Shown piece after piece: positions 62,932 to 64,000 of a DNA stretch of 64,000 bases; the first letter of the stretch is position 1, and each line of letters starts with the position of its first letter. The DNA comes from Phoronis australis (taxonomy: Eukaryota > Animalia > Phoronida). A model generated the notes under the pieces. That model saw nothing but the letters and a program-made list of their open reading frames with translations. It had not been told where the DNA came from and ran no database searches. The position numbers and the translations under genes were made by a program. The stretch is taken from assembly GCA_002633005.1 (NCBI GenBank), contig NMRA01000391.1:62001-126000 (forward strand). Direction: 5' to 3'.

Positions 62932-63655
62932 TTAATGTTAATTAAACTGTCCTAACAGTGGCTGATGATATTTCCTGTGCATCCCTTCTGTTCACATGGG
63001 GGCAGTTGTACTAAGATTGTGTTGGGTTGATATTGTCTAGGCAGCTACTTGGATCCAATCTCCTTGTTCCTGGGCTATGTGTGGTAGAGCAACTGCCATC
63101 ATGTCACTTGGGTCTTGATACCAGTTGTCCTGTGTTAAAGGTTCACTCATTGATGAGTGACGTGGTCCTGTTTGTTTTAGTAAAAGGTCAAGGGTTATCG
63201 GCACAATTTCACACTGTCTCCTTAAAAGCTGCTGGTTATAATCAGAAAGGACAGTTTATTGTCTGAGGCTGCCAAAGTCTCCTATCCAGGTTTCAACTGT
63301 TTTGGTACTTAGTATAAGGTAGTGGTTGAAGCTGCTGGTTCATTTTTGGTTGATAAACTTACGACTTAGCTTGCAGGTCTAGGTGTGTAGAGGTGGAAAG
63401 ATGATTTGGCCTTCTGTGTGGGATATTTTGATGATATTCCTCTGCTATGACAGGAAGTCTATGAAAAATACCCTTCCTCGAACTGTAAACCCTTGACTCA
63501 NGTGGCCATTGCTGGCTTCTCAACATTTGCACTCACCAATACTTCAAAGGCATTACAAATTGTATCTAATGAGACATACTTTGTTTCAGTTTTATATAAG
63601 CATTGGTTAGGATGAGAATAATTCATTTTGAAATAGAACACAGAATGATAAACGT

Positions 63656-63970
63656 CTACATGGCAACTCGCCCCGGCGCCAATCCCAACTTAGTCAAGAG
63701 CTCATAGGTCGGATCATTAGGTTTCACAGATATAGATAGTTCTTTGGTAAGCTGGAATTTGTCAGAGAAATCATTGTCGACGAAAAGCTGGCCACAGACA
63801 CGGAGATGTTTCACAGCCTCATATTTGCTATTAACAGCATACCTTTCATTCTTCACTACGGCGAGCCACTTTCTAAGCATTTCGGGCTCTCGAGTAAGTC
63901 GAAAAAACGCTATACATGCTTTCTTCACAGCTTCATAGTTCGGACAAGCGGAAACGATGCACTGCAACAT
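63656..63970 (-). pseudogene. Second copy/allele of the THAP-like ORF (open frame, still lacks the His)
   Basis: MLQCIVSACPNYEAVKKACIAFFRL...W...VCGQLF; lies within a duplicate of 62291-62789. Confidence 0.7.
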
Positions 63971-64000
63971 AGCGGCATTCACTCTTCAGACGAACCACTG

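Larger units (their letters stand above)
62291..64000. repeat. Direct duplicate of at least 499 bp (62291-62789 vs 63502-64000) across N at 63501
   Basis: Near-identical with SNPs; runs off the end of the window. Confidence 0.92.

Overview
AT-rich, intron-rich animal genomic DNA. Its gene and repeat style suggests an invertebrate deuterostome such as a hemichordate (inference). I rebuilt two head-to-head spliced genes by hand, with phase-consistent GT-AG junctions. The first is DHX57, a DEAH-box RNA helicase (+ strand, 23 coding exons, 27649-47920, 1392 aa). The second is a signal-anchored protein with two tandem METTL24/Methyltransf_22-like domains (- strand, 7 coding exons, 22299-15078, about 513 aa). 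The flanks and introns hold many MITEs, minisatellites and THAP-bearing DNA-transposon relics. Three single-N junctions are each flanked by near-identical duplicates, probably uncollapsed haplotypes, and two of them show filled versus empty insertion sites. The most unusual signals are a progressively decaying array of copies of the DHX57 C-terminal coding segment behind its stop codon, an 8-unit tRNA/SINE-derived hairpin array in a DHX57 intron, and dead copies of a splice acceptor plus exon start in the METTL24-like gene. No CRISPR array, rRNA or prokaryotic-type system was seen. Most ORFs in the supplied track are spurious.
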